Shown here: positions 36,852-44,912 of the stretch, piece after piece
Layout of the letters: every line of letters begins with the position of its first letter
Position numbering within the stretch: position 1 is the first letter of the stretch
Source of the DNA: a virus
Taxonomy: Duplodnaviria; Caudoviricetes
Length of the DNA stretch: 64,000 nt
Virus record (IMG/VR): IMGVR_UViG_3300009129_001283
Coordinates: 357 to 64,356 of that record
Reading direction: 5' to 3' (one strand)
Made by a program: the position numbers and the translations under genes
The notes under the pieces: generated by a model
The model's input: the letters and a program-made list of their open reading frames with translations, nothing else
Told to the model about the DNA's origin: nothing
Database searches by the model: none

Positions 36852-36998
36852 TTATAATTTCCGAAGGGGTGGTGGGTTGTCTTGTTTTACTCTCTTTTTG
36901 ATAACCTTTTTGTAAGCCGCTTCGCAAATTTGATGAAACTGCTCTTCGGTTACATTAAGATACTCTAATACTGCTTCTAATTCTTGCTTGTCAGTCAT
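36852..36998 (-). CDS. hypothetical
   Basis: Start set at MTDKQE with AAGGAG SD. Confidence 0.55.
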   Translation of the reverse strand: MTDKQELEAVLEYLNVTEEQFHQICEAAYKKVIKKRVKQDNPPPLRKL

Positions 36999-37014
36999 TT
37001 TATTCTCCTTTTCC

Positions 37015-37392
37015 CTAGTCAAACTCGTTAGGATCTGAAACGTGAACAGTGACACTTACTTCTTTGTGTGCTTCCCACGGGTTATCGTGCCATTCGCCAA
37101 TGTTGTTTTCATCATATTCAGGGTATTCCCCGCATGCCTCAATAATAATGTAGTCCTCTTCATAAAAGCCGTTCTCTGGTGATGAAGTAAGGTACTTTAA
37201 AGCATCATAAAGCTCAACAATTTCTGGATAGTCGTCCCTGTACCATTTCACGGACTCAAAGATGAACGCTCGTCCTTCTGGCTTTTTGCTGCTCTGATCA
37301 GACATTTCTTCTAAAAACTTCTGTGTCTCAGGCTTCAAGTTGAGAAAGATATGCTCTTTTGTTGCTACAAATACGTCACTTCTAATACCCAT
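37015..37392 (-). CDS. phage hypothetical
   Basis: MGIRSDV...SVKWY. Confidence 0.6.
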   Translation of the reverse strand: MGIRSDVFVATKEHIFLNLKPETQKFLEEMSDQSSKKPEGRAFIFESVKWYRDDYPEIVELYDALKYLTSSPENGFYEEDYIIIEACGEYPEYDENNIGEWHDNPWEAHKEVSVTVHVSDPNEFD

Positions 37393-37613
37393 TATTCTTC
37401 TCCTTCAAAAATGTCATCTTGGCAGGTCTGGCAAAGGCCAGAAATTTCAAACTCTCTAGCACTCTCTTGGGTGTGGAATTTGACTACAGGCTTGCCACAG
37501 CCGATAGGTGCGGGTACGCAAACCTCATCAAGAATGGCTTGCTCGCGGTCAACACCGAATTCGGCCTTGAGGTGGTTGTCAATATGGGGGCTTTTAATAG
37601 TTGGAATAAGCAT
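37392..37613 (-). CDS. small Zn-binding-like phage protein
   Basis: C..GCGK...SAREFEISGLCQTCQD. Confidence 0.65.
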   Translation of the reverse strand: MLIPTIKSPHIDNHLKAEFGVDREQAILDEVCVPAPIGCGKPVVKFHTQESAREFEISGLCQTCQDDIFEGEE

Positions 37614-37624
37614 AGTGTCTCCTT

Positions 37625-37852
37625 TTAGTCTCGATAGCAGCCGTTAGTCCTCAATAAGTTTTGATAGCCAACCTTGGCTAGTGATAAGATCTCTTCCCTA
37701 CCATCATCAGGTAGTTCGCCAAGCTCACTAAGAAAGCTCAACAGTTCAGCGTTTGGATCATACTTGTTGGTCGCCTTGATAACAAGGTGCATCAAGTGTG
37801 ATGCTGTTTTGCGCTGTGTCTCTTCAAATAAAATTTCATGTGCTGCTTTCAT
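37625..37852 (-). CDS. hypothetical
   Basis: GGAG SD. Confidence 0.55.
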   Translation of the reverse strand: MKAAHEILFEETQRKTASHLMHLVIKATNKYDPNAELLSFLSELGELPDDGREEILSLAKVGYQNLLRTNGCYRD

Positions 37853-37853
37853 A

Positions 37854-38117
37854 TTATTCTCCTTCTATTTCTTCAATTTCATCTACTGGCAACCAACCAA
37901 ACCATCGTGGGAAGCGCGGGTCTTTGCTATCTCGCTCAACACTGCAGAATGACTGACAGGTGCGGCCCACAAAACCATGAACATTGTCGGCAAACTCTCT
38001 AAAGTGCTTCGACATTGGACCCTGCTCTTCCTTGAGGGGGATCACGGTGTGTTCTCTAAAGCGGTTTTTAGTGCGTTTTGTTGCGTTAGCATTAGGCTTA
38101 AACATTATTAGCTCCAT
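37854..38117 (-). CDS. hypothetical
   Basis: RTKNRFREH...WFGWLP. Confidence 0.55.
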   Translation of the reverse strand: MELIMFKPNANATKRTKNRFREHTVIPLKEEQGPMSKHFREFADNVHGFVGRTCQSFCSVERDSKDPRFPRWFGWLPVDEIEEIEGE

Positions 38118-38299
38118 TCTTTCAAGTCAATTTCACAAACATTGTTCCCAATTGTACCATCGTTCCATAGCACCTTGAAGAAATTCCTATCACCAAAGAA
38201 TTTCCTGTTAAGTGAATTGTGTTCTAGCTTTTCCAAGACGATACCAATTTTTCTAATGTTTGTACCAGTGTGTTTTACTAAAGTTCCCGCTGCTTTCAT
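38108..38299 (-). CDS. GDLV-type small protein
   Basis: AGTLVKH...IGIVL...KVLWNDG. Confidence 0.65.
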   Translation of the reverse strand: MKAAGTLVKHTGTNIRKIGIVLEKLEHNSLNRKFFGDRNFFKVLWNDGTIGNNVCEIDLKEWS

Positions 38300-38629
38300 T
38301 TATTGTTGCTCCTGTTCTACAGCCATTCGTGCTGCTTGCTTTGCGATACAGACCAAGCCCGCTTGTGTTGGGAAGTCTTCTACCATTTTCCATTCAATTT
38401 CATTGGGCATGTGTCGGCTGTAAAAGGCCAACGAGTCCCAGCGGTCAAGTGAGATATGATTGAAATGACCATCATTTTTCGAACTCGTAAGCGTCTTAAT
38501 ACCAAAGGCATCCTTAACTTGCTGTACCAGTGCGGGACGCACCAGTTGAGAATAGTATTGCTGGTGCGTACATGCACCGTTTAAATAGTCTTTGCGGGTA
38601 TAAACAAAAGGTACTGTTGGGCTTGCCAT
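38300..38629 (-). CDS. phage hypothetical
   Basis: TRKDYL...HQQYYSQ...VCIAKQAA. Confidence 0.6.
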   Translation of the reverse strand: MASPTVPFVYTRKDYLNGACTHQQYYSQLVRPALVQQVKDAFGIKTLTSSKNDGHFNHISLDRWDSLAFYSRHMPNEIEWKMVEDFPTQAGLVCIAKQAARMAVEQEQQ

Positions 38630-38639
38630 GATAAAACTC

Positions 38640-38831
38640 CTATTGGCCTTTAAATTGTGCGTAAGATGCAGACTTTTCTGCTAATTTATAACCATTTTCA
38701 TGCCCGTAACGGACAGCAGACAAATTAGTCTTGAAGATCTGCTCTTCGATGTTCCCACGCTCATCACGGAATACACCCAAAATAACACACTGGTCGAAAA
38801 TTGTTGTAACGTATGTTTTATATTCTTTCAC
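38640..38831 (-). CDS. hypothetical, paralog of 36219-36446
   Basis: GTG start with AAGGAG SD; first gene after module copy 2. Confidence 0.6.
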   Translation of the reverse strand: MKEYKTYVTTIFDQCVILGVFRDERGNIEEQIFKTNLSAVRYGHENGYKLAEKSASYAQFKGQ

Positions 38832-38876
38832 TTGCTTACTCCTTTTTAGTTTCGTTCTTGTCTTTAAGATGTACCC

Positions 38877-39074
38877 ATTATACCAAACTGAACGGGGAAC
38901 ACAAGGAAAAAGATCTGTTTACTTTCGGGTACTTAGGGATAAAACGACATTCAGGTACTTATGCGTTTTTGCCCGACTTATGGCCATTTTCAGGCACTTA
39001 CGTGGATCTGTTTTTTGGGGTAGATCCATCGGCATGTCGCACATACAAAAAAACCCCCTAAAAACAGGGGGTTA
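38877..39074 (-). promoter_or_regulatory. duplicated regulatory module, copy 2
   Basis: TTGTGT-N16-TATAAT, four to five WWWCRGNNNNTTA-like sites, TGGATCT-N12-AGATCCA, CATGTCGC. Confidence 0.7.
39047..39073 (-). terminator. rho-independent terminator
   Basis: AACCCCCT-gttttt-AGGGGGTT followed by a T run. Confidence 0.7.
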
Positions 39075-39089
39075 CGTAAGTGCTTGTAT

Positions 39090-39473
39090 TTAAAGGACAT
39101 TTAGAGATCTCTTCTTTTTCTTGAATTCTCTAATTTTGATGGAGTCGCTTTCACGGGCATGGGGCAGGATGGAATCCACCATTGGCTCATAAAGGCTTGT
39201 AATCATCGCCCGAATGTACTCAAGGCTTACAGGCTTAGTGACATACTCTCCGCCGCAAGGGAACAGCACCGCTTGTGCCTCTCGGATATGGCGTGAGATA
39301 TTGCGGGTACGAGCAGGGTGACGCTTCTTGAGATACACCGCCTCTTTTCTGAGATAGTCTGCTATAATTACAGGCACCCCAAATGAAAACAGGATAGCCT
39401 TGGATGGCTTGCGGATGCCAGCCACATCATAAACAATGAGGGTCTGGTTTCTCTCTCTATTTATTACTTTCAT
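39090..39473 (-). CDS. hypothetical, paralog of 26523-26840
   Basis: MKVINRERNQT...LFSFGVPV. Confidence 0.55.
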   Translation of the reverse strand: MKVINRERNQTLIVYDVAGIRKPSKAILFSFGVPVIIADYLRKEAVYLKKRHPARTRNISRHIREAQAVLFPCGGEYVTKPVSLEYIRAMITSLYEPMVDSILPHARESDSIKIREFKKKKRSLNVL

Positions 39474-39783
39474 TCTTCTCTCCTTTTGGGGGAAGTGTTT
39501 GATCAAGCGTCGTTGGTTTCTTCCCCACAGGGCAAACCTCGTATGTTCCCCCACTATACGCAGTCATAACAAACCTCATCCCTTTGACATTTACAAGAAC
39601 TTTTCGCTCCCATATATTAACATCTTCCACTTTCGCTATCCGGCAATGAAAGGCATGAACAAATGCGTCAATGTACTTCTCTACTTGGGGTAGTGTTGGA
39701 ACTTGTGCAACTATCGGAAGAGATATGGCTGCAAAAGAAAAAACACACCCAAGGAAGAAGCCCACTAAGGAACTGCGACTCAC
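39457..39783 (-). CDS. exported hypothetical
   Basis: Signal-peptide-like N-terminus. Confidence 0.55.
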   Translation of the reverse strand: MSRSSLVGFFLGCVFSFAAISLPIVAQVPTLPQVEKYIDAFVHAFHCRIAKVEDVNIWERKVLVNVKGMRFVMTAYSGGTYEVCPVGKKPTTLDQTLPPKGEKNESNK

Positions 39784-40073
39784 ACATCCTCCCCCTCTTG
39801 AGATGATGCATACTCGTTGAACCTCTCAATAATTTGCTCAAAGGTCGCCTTATCCTTGAGAGAGAAGCTGGTTGTCACAAAGCGGATGTCAACGCTCTCA
39901 GTGTCAATAGCCGCATTGCCATCTTCATCTTCTATCAATACCTGCTTTGGCAAATAAAAGTCATTTATGCCATCCGGCTTCAGAACGATAACATAGTCCT
40001 CTGCTTCGTCAATATCATATTTGTTCTCTAGCCGAATATTGTTTTCTTCTTCTTTTTCTGTTGTCATACTCAC
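39780..40073 (-). CDS. acidic hypothetical
   Basis: ORF in operon. Confidence 0.55.
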   Translation of the reverse strand: MSMTTEKEEENNIRLENKYDIDEAEDYVIVLKPDGINDFYLPKQVLIEDEDGNAAIDTESVDIRFVTTSFSLKDKATFEQIIERFNEYASSQEGEDV

Positions 40074-40079
40074 TCCTTC

Positions 40080-40307
40080 TTAGTTTGTGTATGCGAAAGA
40101 GTCTGAGCTCTTTCTTCTTCTTAGTTTATGAACCTTGTCTATTCTCTCGATAGCTGCTCTGACCTCTGTCAAAGAAGCTATCGGCATTTTTTGGTGGAGA
40201 AGCATATCATTTACTTCTTCTTTTATTTCCCTTGCTGTCTTGAAGTGGATATAGGAAATAACACTGTCAACACAGAGATCTATTTCTTTTTTGAGGATTT
40301 TTTTCAT
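40080..40307 (-). CDS. hypothetical, possible winged helix
   Basis: KTAREIKEEV...SLTEVRAAIERI pattern. Confidence 0.5.
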   Translation of the reverse strand: MKKILKKEIDLCVDSVISYIHFKTAREIKEEVNDMLLHQKMPIASLTEVRAAIERIDKVHKLRRRKSSDSFAYTN

Positions 40308-40318
40308 GATAAGCCTTT

Positions 40319-40513
40319 CTATTCTTGCAGTATCTTCATCAGGAAAGTAACGTCAATATGGTTGCTATTTAATATTTTACCATACAACGAGGAAACTTTA
40401 ACATATCTTCTTTTTTCTGAGCCGTAATTTATGGTCTTTATCTTTTCATCCAAAATTATCACAACGGAGCCATCCACTAGCGACCAAAGCTCTCCTCTCT
40501 TAAAAGATGTCAC
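40319..40513 (-). CDS. GDLV-type small protein
   Basis: FKRGELW. Confidence 0.5.
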   Translation of the reverse strand: MTSFKRGELWSLVDGSVVIILDEKIKTINYGSEKRRYVKVSSLYGKILNSNHIDVTFLMKILQE

Positions 40514-40515
40514 CT

Positions 40516-40728
40516 TTAAAAATGCTCCTCTAATTCCCCGACACTAAAACAAAATGCCCTCACGTCCTTATAGGCGGAGTTGGTACCGGAGTTGGGGTCG
40601 AGCAGGACAGTCACATACTCCCCTTCGCATCGAGGTTCTATTTTTATTACGCGACCTCTCTGCCCAATGAACTCGCCGCTACTTCCAATAATATCTGACT
40701 TTATCCTCACAATAGAACCAATTTTCAA
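40516..40728 (-). CDS. KOW-like small protein
   Basis: MKIGSIVRI...IGQRGRVIKI. Confidence 0.65.
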   Translation of the reverse strand: MKIGSIVRIKSDIIGSSGEFIGQRGRVIKIEPRCEGEYVTVLLDPNSGTNSAYKDVRAFCFSVGELEEHF

Positions 40729-41018
40729 AACTCATCCAATCCTTTCATCATCTCATGGTACTTAACTATCCACTTTAGCGTCCTCATAAAGCCAGATCTC
40801 TTCTTTTTCAGGCTCTTATTTTCCTCGCCATCAGTACAGGCGTATAGCATAACAGTCGCCTGAATTGTTGCAAAGAGGCTATAGACATAGCAGTTTACCA
40901 GCAACTCGTGCTTGTCTGGCTCATTCAGCCATTCTTCTCCTCGCTCACCATCGTCTGGTGCCAAAAGCTTCCAGAGGTTTACCCCATCCTCATCAAGCGG
41001 CTTTAGGTGTTTCGCCAT
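40725..41018 (-). CDS. hypothetical
   Basis: Start set at MAKHLK. Confidence 0.5.
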   Translation of the reverse strand: MAKHLKPLDEDGVNLWKLLAPDDGERGEEWLNEPDKHELLVNCYVYSLFATIQATVMLYACTDGEENKSLKKKRSGFMRTLKWIVKYHEMMKGLDEF

Positions 41019-41196
41019 CTTCTTGCCCTCCAGAAATTTCTGCAAAACACTCTCGATGCTCAACACATTTCAAGATATTTCCCTCTGTTACCCAGACTAC
41101 CTTGTATGTGTTATTCTTCACTCCATCCCCAACAACAATGCCCACACTGTAGGTAATGTTCCAGGGTTTTGTTCCAAGCACAAGAGCTCCGTCCAT
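40993..41196 (-). CDS. GDLV-type small protein
   Basis: GALV...VGIVV...YKVVW. Confidence 0.55.
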   Translation of the reverse strand: MDGALVLGTKPWNITYSVGIVVGDGVKNNTYKVVWVTEGNILKCVEHRECFAEISGGQEDGETPKAA

Positions 41197-41199
41197 ATA

Positions 41200-42381
41200 C
41201 TAAATACCTAGAACTTTCTCATTCCCGCACTTAAAACTTGTATATGACATAACTCTTTTTGGTGCTATCCAAAGTCTCTTACACACGCTTCGAGCAGGAG
41301 TAGGGGCTCCAAGGTCTGTGACGATGATGTGGGCGTCATAATTGTGTTCGTTGACATATCTTGTCGGTGCATCAAAATCTGTCCCGCCAGTAAGAACTCG
41401 CTCTCTCTTGACGGTTTGGCCTTTCTTTACACGAACAATCTTCTCTTCGTAAACTCTGGTGTCGAACGGTATCAGGTCAAAGTCAACAATGCTGCTCAGT
41501 ACACCAATCTCTGAAAAGAATTCTGCCAGCATTTTATCGTCAACGGAACCAGACTGATCTAGGCTCACCGCAATTTTCGCCACTCGCCTAACCTTCTTTG
41601 CTGGAAAGACATATGGAAACCTTTTGTTTATCTTTCTCACCGTACTATTCTTGTCCATCCTCTGTGATGTTTTGCAAAAATACCTAAGAACCTTTTGCCA
41701 GCTTACCTTTGAGCCGATATACTTATCTATAAGTTTATTACGCAACTCGCCAGAAACATTTCCCCATCGGTTAGTTTTTGAACATTCCGAAACCGCTTTC
41801 GACACTGCATCGTCAAGCTTGCTGGTGGCGATCTCAGAGGATACCGAGGCTTTGCCCTCCCCTTCTCCGCCACTACCCTCAGCGCCCCACTCGTCATGAC
41901 TGTCGAACTCAGAAGTACCCTCCAATTCCTCTTCTGACATTTGAGAAAGTATCGCCTGATAATACCACTCTGAGGTTTTGCCCGATGGTAGCTTTTCAAA
42001 TATGCCTTCGCCTGGAAAAACAGCAATATCTGGAAGCTCTCCCACTAAGTGACTGTTGATAGCCAAGTCTGCAGCAATATTCCATATCTTGTGGTTCTCC
42101 CTTTGTTGTCCGGACACATGATTAAATATCAGGTGATAGAACTCATGCTTGAGGACTCCCAAAATTTCTTTAGTTGGCAAGGTGTTGATAAACTCCTCGT
42201 TATATAACAGTTGAAACCTTCCGGTGTCCTCATTGAAGCGAACCCCGCAGGTCGGAATACTATCGTCCCTTATCTTGTCGATCTGCAATGAGATGTATGA
42301 AAAGAACGGCTCGTCCCTGAGAAGGGCAGATAGGTGCCTTCTCATATCAAATTTCTTTTTAGTCATCTTTTTGGTCCTCAA
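41200..42381 (-). CDS. DUF2201-type metallopeptidase plus VWA-like protein
   Basis: LKHEFYH, WNIAADLAIN, DQSGS MIDAS, GGTDF. Confidence 0.85.
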   Translation of the reverse strand: MRTKKMTKKKFDMRRHLSALLRDEPFFSYISLQIDKIRDDSIPTCGVRFNEDTGRFQLLYNEEFINTLPTKEILGVLKHEFYHLIFNHVSGQQRENHKIWNIAADLAINSHLVGELPDIAVFPGEGIFEKLPSGKTSEWYYQAILSQMSEEELEGTSEFDSHDEWGAEGSGGEGEGKASVSSEIATSKLDDAVSKAVSECSKTNRWGNVSGELRNKLIDKYIGSKVSWQKVLRYFCKTSQRMDKNSTVRKINKRFPYVFPAKKVRRVAKIAVSLDQSGSVDDKMLAEFFSEIGVLSSIVDFDLIPFDTRVYEEKIVRVKKGQTVKRERVLTGGTDFDAPTRYVNEHNYDAHIIVTDLGAPTPARSVCKRLWIAPKRVMSYTSFKCGNEKVLGI

Positions 42382-43480
42382 CGAAACTCAAAATGTCAAC
42401 AATATACTCACGGATAACAGTGCCATCCGATGCCTTAGACTTGTGAAAGGCTACGATGTTCTTGAGTTCTCCGGAACCAATAATAGACCATAACTTTGCT
42501 GCAGCCTCAGACGGAACTTTAACAAAGTAGTCACAGACGTTCTTTAATATATCCTCACTCAACTCATCAGGCGAGGCGAACAAGCCATGACCGTCCTCAT
42601 CCAGCTTCTCAATAAGATCGCAGTGCTCTGACAATGTAAAGTCCTCAACCAGCTCAAGCTTGCCGTCGTGGAACACATCCTCAACGGATACTTTTCTCTC
42701 GCAGTTTTTGAGATAGTCTGCGAACGATACAGCGGCTTGCATACCGACGAAAGAGCAGGAGATATTGTAAATGGACTCCAACGACTTCTCGTCTTTGCTA
42801 TACATATATTGGTTGATGAGATCGCCAACAGTGATGCTCAGTCTGTCCCACGATCTTCGGCTTGGGTAAACTGTACCTGGGGAGTGCTCTTCTTCAAATT
42901 CCAAAAACTTAGTTTCCCTATTCAAAAATGCAATGATCTCGCCACTGACTTTTCCTTTTGCCCAAGCCTTCCAGTCCTCATAGGAGGGATCTACGTCGAA
43001 CACAGACCAGCGATCCAATTCTGCAGGGTCCATTTCGCCTACCTGATATGATGAGCTTTCCTGTGCGCCACCATTAATAGCCGCGAAGATAACCGTATCG
43101 GGATGAAGTGTCCATCCCGCCAACTTCCTACTATCCGTCAATTCAAAAATACCCTGACGGACTTCGAGAACTGCGCGATCAATTTCATCAAAAAACAGAA
43201 CAACAGGCTCAGTGCAAGCCCTCACCAGCCAAGCAAACGGTCGAAACTTTGAAGCCTGACGACCGTTTACTTCGTAGGACTCCTGACTTGGAATACCAAG
43301 TAGATCCCCCTCTGTCATCTGAGATGCTCTACGCTCCACGACCGGAAGCTCGATGCTCTCTGCAAACTGGTAAATAAGTTGACTCTTTCCGATGCCATGC
43401 TTTCCTCGAAGAAGCACTGGAATTCTGGCACTGGTTATTAACGGAAGGCACCTGTTCAGCGAAGAGAAAGAAATGCTCAT
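42359..43480 (-). CDS. MoxR/AAA_5-type ATPase
   Basis: Walker A GKHGIGKS, Walker B LFFDE, MDPAELDRW, PSRRSW. Confidence 0.88.
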   Translation of the reverse strand: MSISFSSLNRCLPLITSARIPVLLRGKHGIGKSQLIYQFAESIELPVVERRASQMTEGDLLGIPSQESYEVNGRQASKFRPFAWLVRACTEPVVLFFDEIDRAVLEVRQGIFELTDSRKLAGWTLHPDTVIFAAINGGAQESSSYQVGEMDPAELDRWSVFDVDPSYEDWKAWAKGKVSGEIIAFLNRETKFLEFEEEHSPGTVYPSRRSWDRLSITVGDLINQYMYSKDEKSLESIYNISCSFVGMQAAVSFADYLKNCERKVSVEDVFHDGKLELVEDFTLSEHCDLIEKLDEDGHGLFASPDELSEDILKNVCDYFVKVPSEAAAKLWSIIGSGELKNIVAFHKSKASDGTVIREYIVDILSFVEDQKDD

Positions 43481-43503
43481 TTATTATATCCTACTGTTTT
43501 GAG

Positions 43504-44502
43504 TTAATAAAAGTTTCTGCGGCTGGCGGAGATCATTTCATCAACCCTCTTGATGAGTGATCTCACTATATCATACCATTGTTGTTCCGTAATGTCAATA
43601 GCTAAATCAATGTTTTTTTGCTTTTTCTGCAAAGAAGCGCCCGATGGAGAAATTACTTGAACATTTTCAGATAGTTGCAAGAAATTATTTTTTCCAGAAA
43701 GTTCGCTGTGCATGGTATTTAGAAGCATTTCAAGCAGATCCATCACACTTTTCTCACCTTTGACTACATCTGTCACGCTCTCCACATCCGCAGTCTCAAA
43801 ATGCCTAATTAAAGATGTAGCTTGCTTTTGCGAATACATGCTTGCTGCATTCAAGAAGTCTCCTTTTATGAGAAATAGTTCCCTCTCCCTGAGATCTGCC
43901 TTGTGATAAGTGGCCGAGTATGCTGGGTGTGTCTTTATCTCCCTCTTCGGGGGAGGAAAAGGCAAGGACGATATTTCAATGAATTTGTCTCTCGAATATA
44001 CTCTCTTCAGCATCGCCCTGAAAGATGCGTCTGTCATTTCTTTCGGCTTTTGCCTCTTCATGTCAGCACTTAATTCTTCTTTATAATTGTGTATTGCCCA
44101 CAAGTTGTAATACATCTTCTCTGCCATCCTGCGAAGAATGGGGAATGCACCACCGAAAGCTGGTCCAAATAAGCCAGAGTTTGCTAATGGCGTTGCAGTC
44201 ACAGCAAAAAAGTTGGTGCTGCCACCATCGGAGTCCACAGTATATAGGCTGCCGACAGTGCTTGCCCCGAAGGTTCTGTTTGGTTCATAAACAAACTCAC
44301 CCTTCTCCCTAGAGAAGAAATAATGAGGTTTGTTGCTTATCTTCAAGATAGCCATGTGCCCTATGCCATTCTTTTCGAGTTCTCTATAGAATTCCGTAAA
44401 GAAGATTCTGGCACATTCCCTGACTAAAGGGGCGTGAACCCTCTTGTGTGGGCATTTGCGAATATCATGAGATGGCTCCTTGCAGTATGAGCATTTTCTC
44501 AT
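43504..44502 (-). CDS. hypothetical with N-terminal CCHC zinc knuckle
   Basis: CSYCKEPSHDIRKC. Confidence 0.65.
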   Translation of the reverse strand: MRKCSYCKEPSHDIRKCPHKRVHAPLVRECARIFFTEFYRELEKNGIGHMAILKISNKPHYFFSREKGEFVYEPNRTFGASTVGSLYTVDSDGGSTNFFAVTATPLANSGLFGPAFGGAFPILRRMAEKMYYNLWAIHNYKEELSADMKRQKPKEMTDASFRAMLKRVYSRDKFIEISSLPFPPPKREIKTHPAYSATYHKADLRERELFLIKGDFLNAASMYSQKQATSLIRHFETADVESVTDVVKGEKSVMDLLEMLLNTMHSELSGKNNFLQLSENVQVISPSGASLQKKQKNIDLAIDITEQQWYDIVRSLIKRVDEMISASRRNFY

Positions 44503-44510
44503 ATTCTAGC

Positions 44511-44840
44511 CTATTTCTTTTTCTTGGGGGCTTTTTTAGTTGATGCTTTCGGCTTCGCCTTTGACTTTGCTCTCTTTGGGGGAGGCGCAACTGCCCCTGC
44601 TACTCTTTCTTGCATCAGTTCCACCTTGGCAGTGGCCTCGGATAACTTGCTTTTTAGATATAGAACTTCGTTCTCAAGGGACACCTTATCAAACAGTGCC
44701 TTTCTGAGTTTTTCCTGTACTTCTCCATATTTCGCCTCCATCTCGCTCAAAGCTTTGACGACCCTATCCCGCAAGTCTGGGGATAGCATCTTTGAAGTGT
44801 TCTGTGCCACGGTTTTCATGGCGTCCCTTAAACTACTCAT
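44511..44840 (-). CDS. coiled-coil protein with Lys/Ala-rich tail
   Basis: Heptad pattern; KAKPKASTKKAPKKKK. Confidence 0.6.
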   Translation of the reverse strand: MSSLRDAMKTVAQNTSKMLSPDLRDRVVKALSEMEAKYGEVQEKLRKALFDKVSLENEVLYLKSKLSEATAKVELMQERVAGAVAPPPKRAKSKAKPKASTKKAPKKKK

Positions 44841-44873
44841 CTTTTCTCTCCTTCGTGAGAACTTGTTTTACAT

Positions 44874-44902
44874 ATTATAACAAATTTGCTTTATAATGTA
44901 AA
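44874..44902 (-). promoter_or_regulatory. sigma70-type promoter
   Basis: TTTACA-N17-TATAAT. Confidence 0.6.
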
Positions 44903-44912
44903 GTTATTTTTA

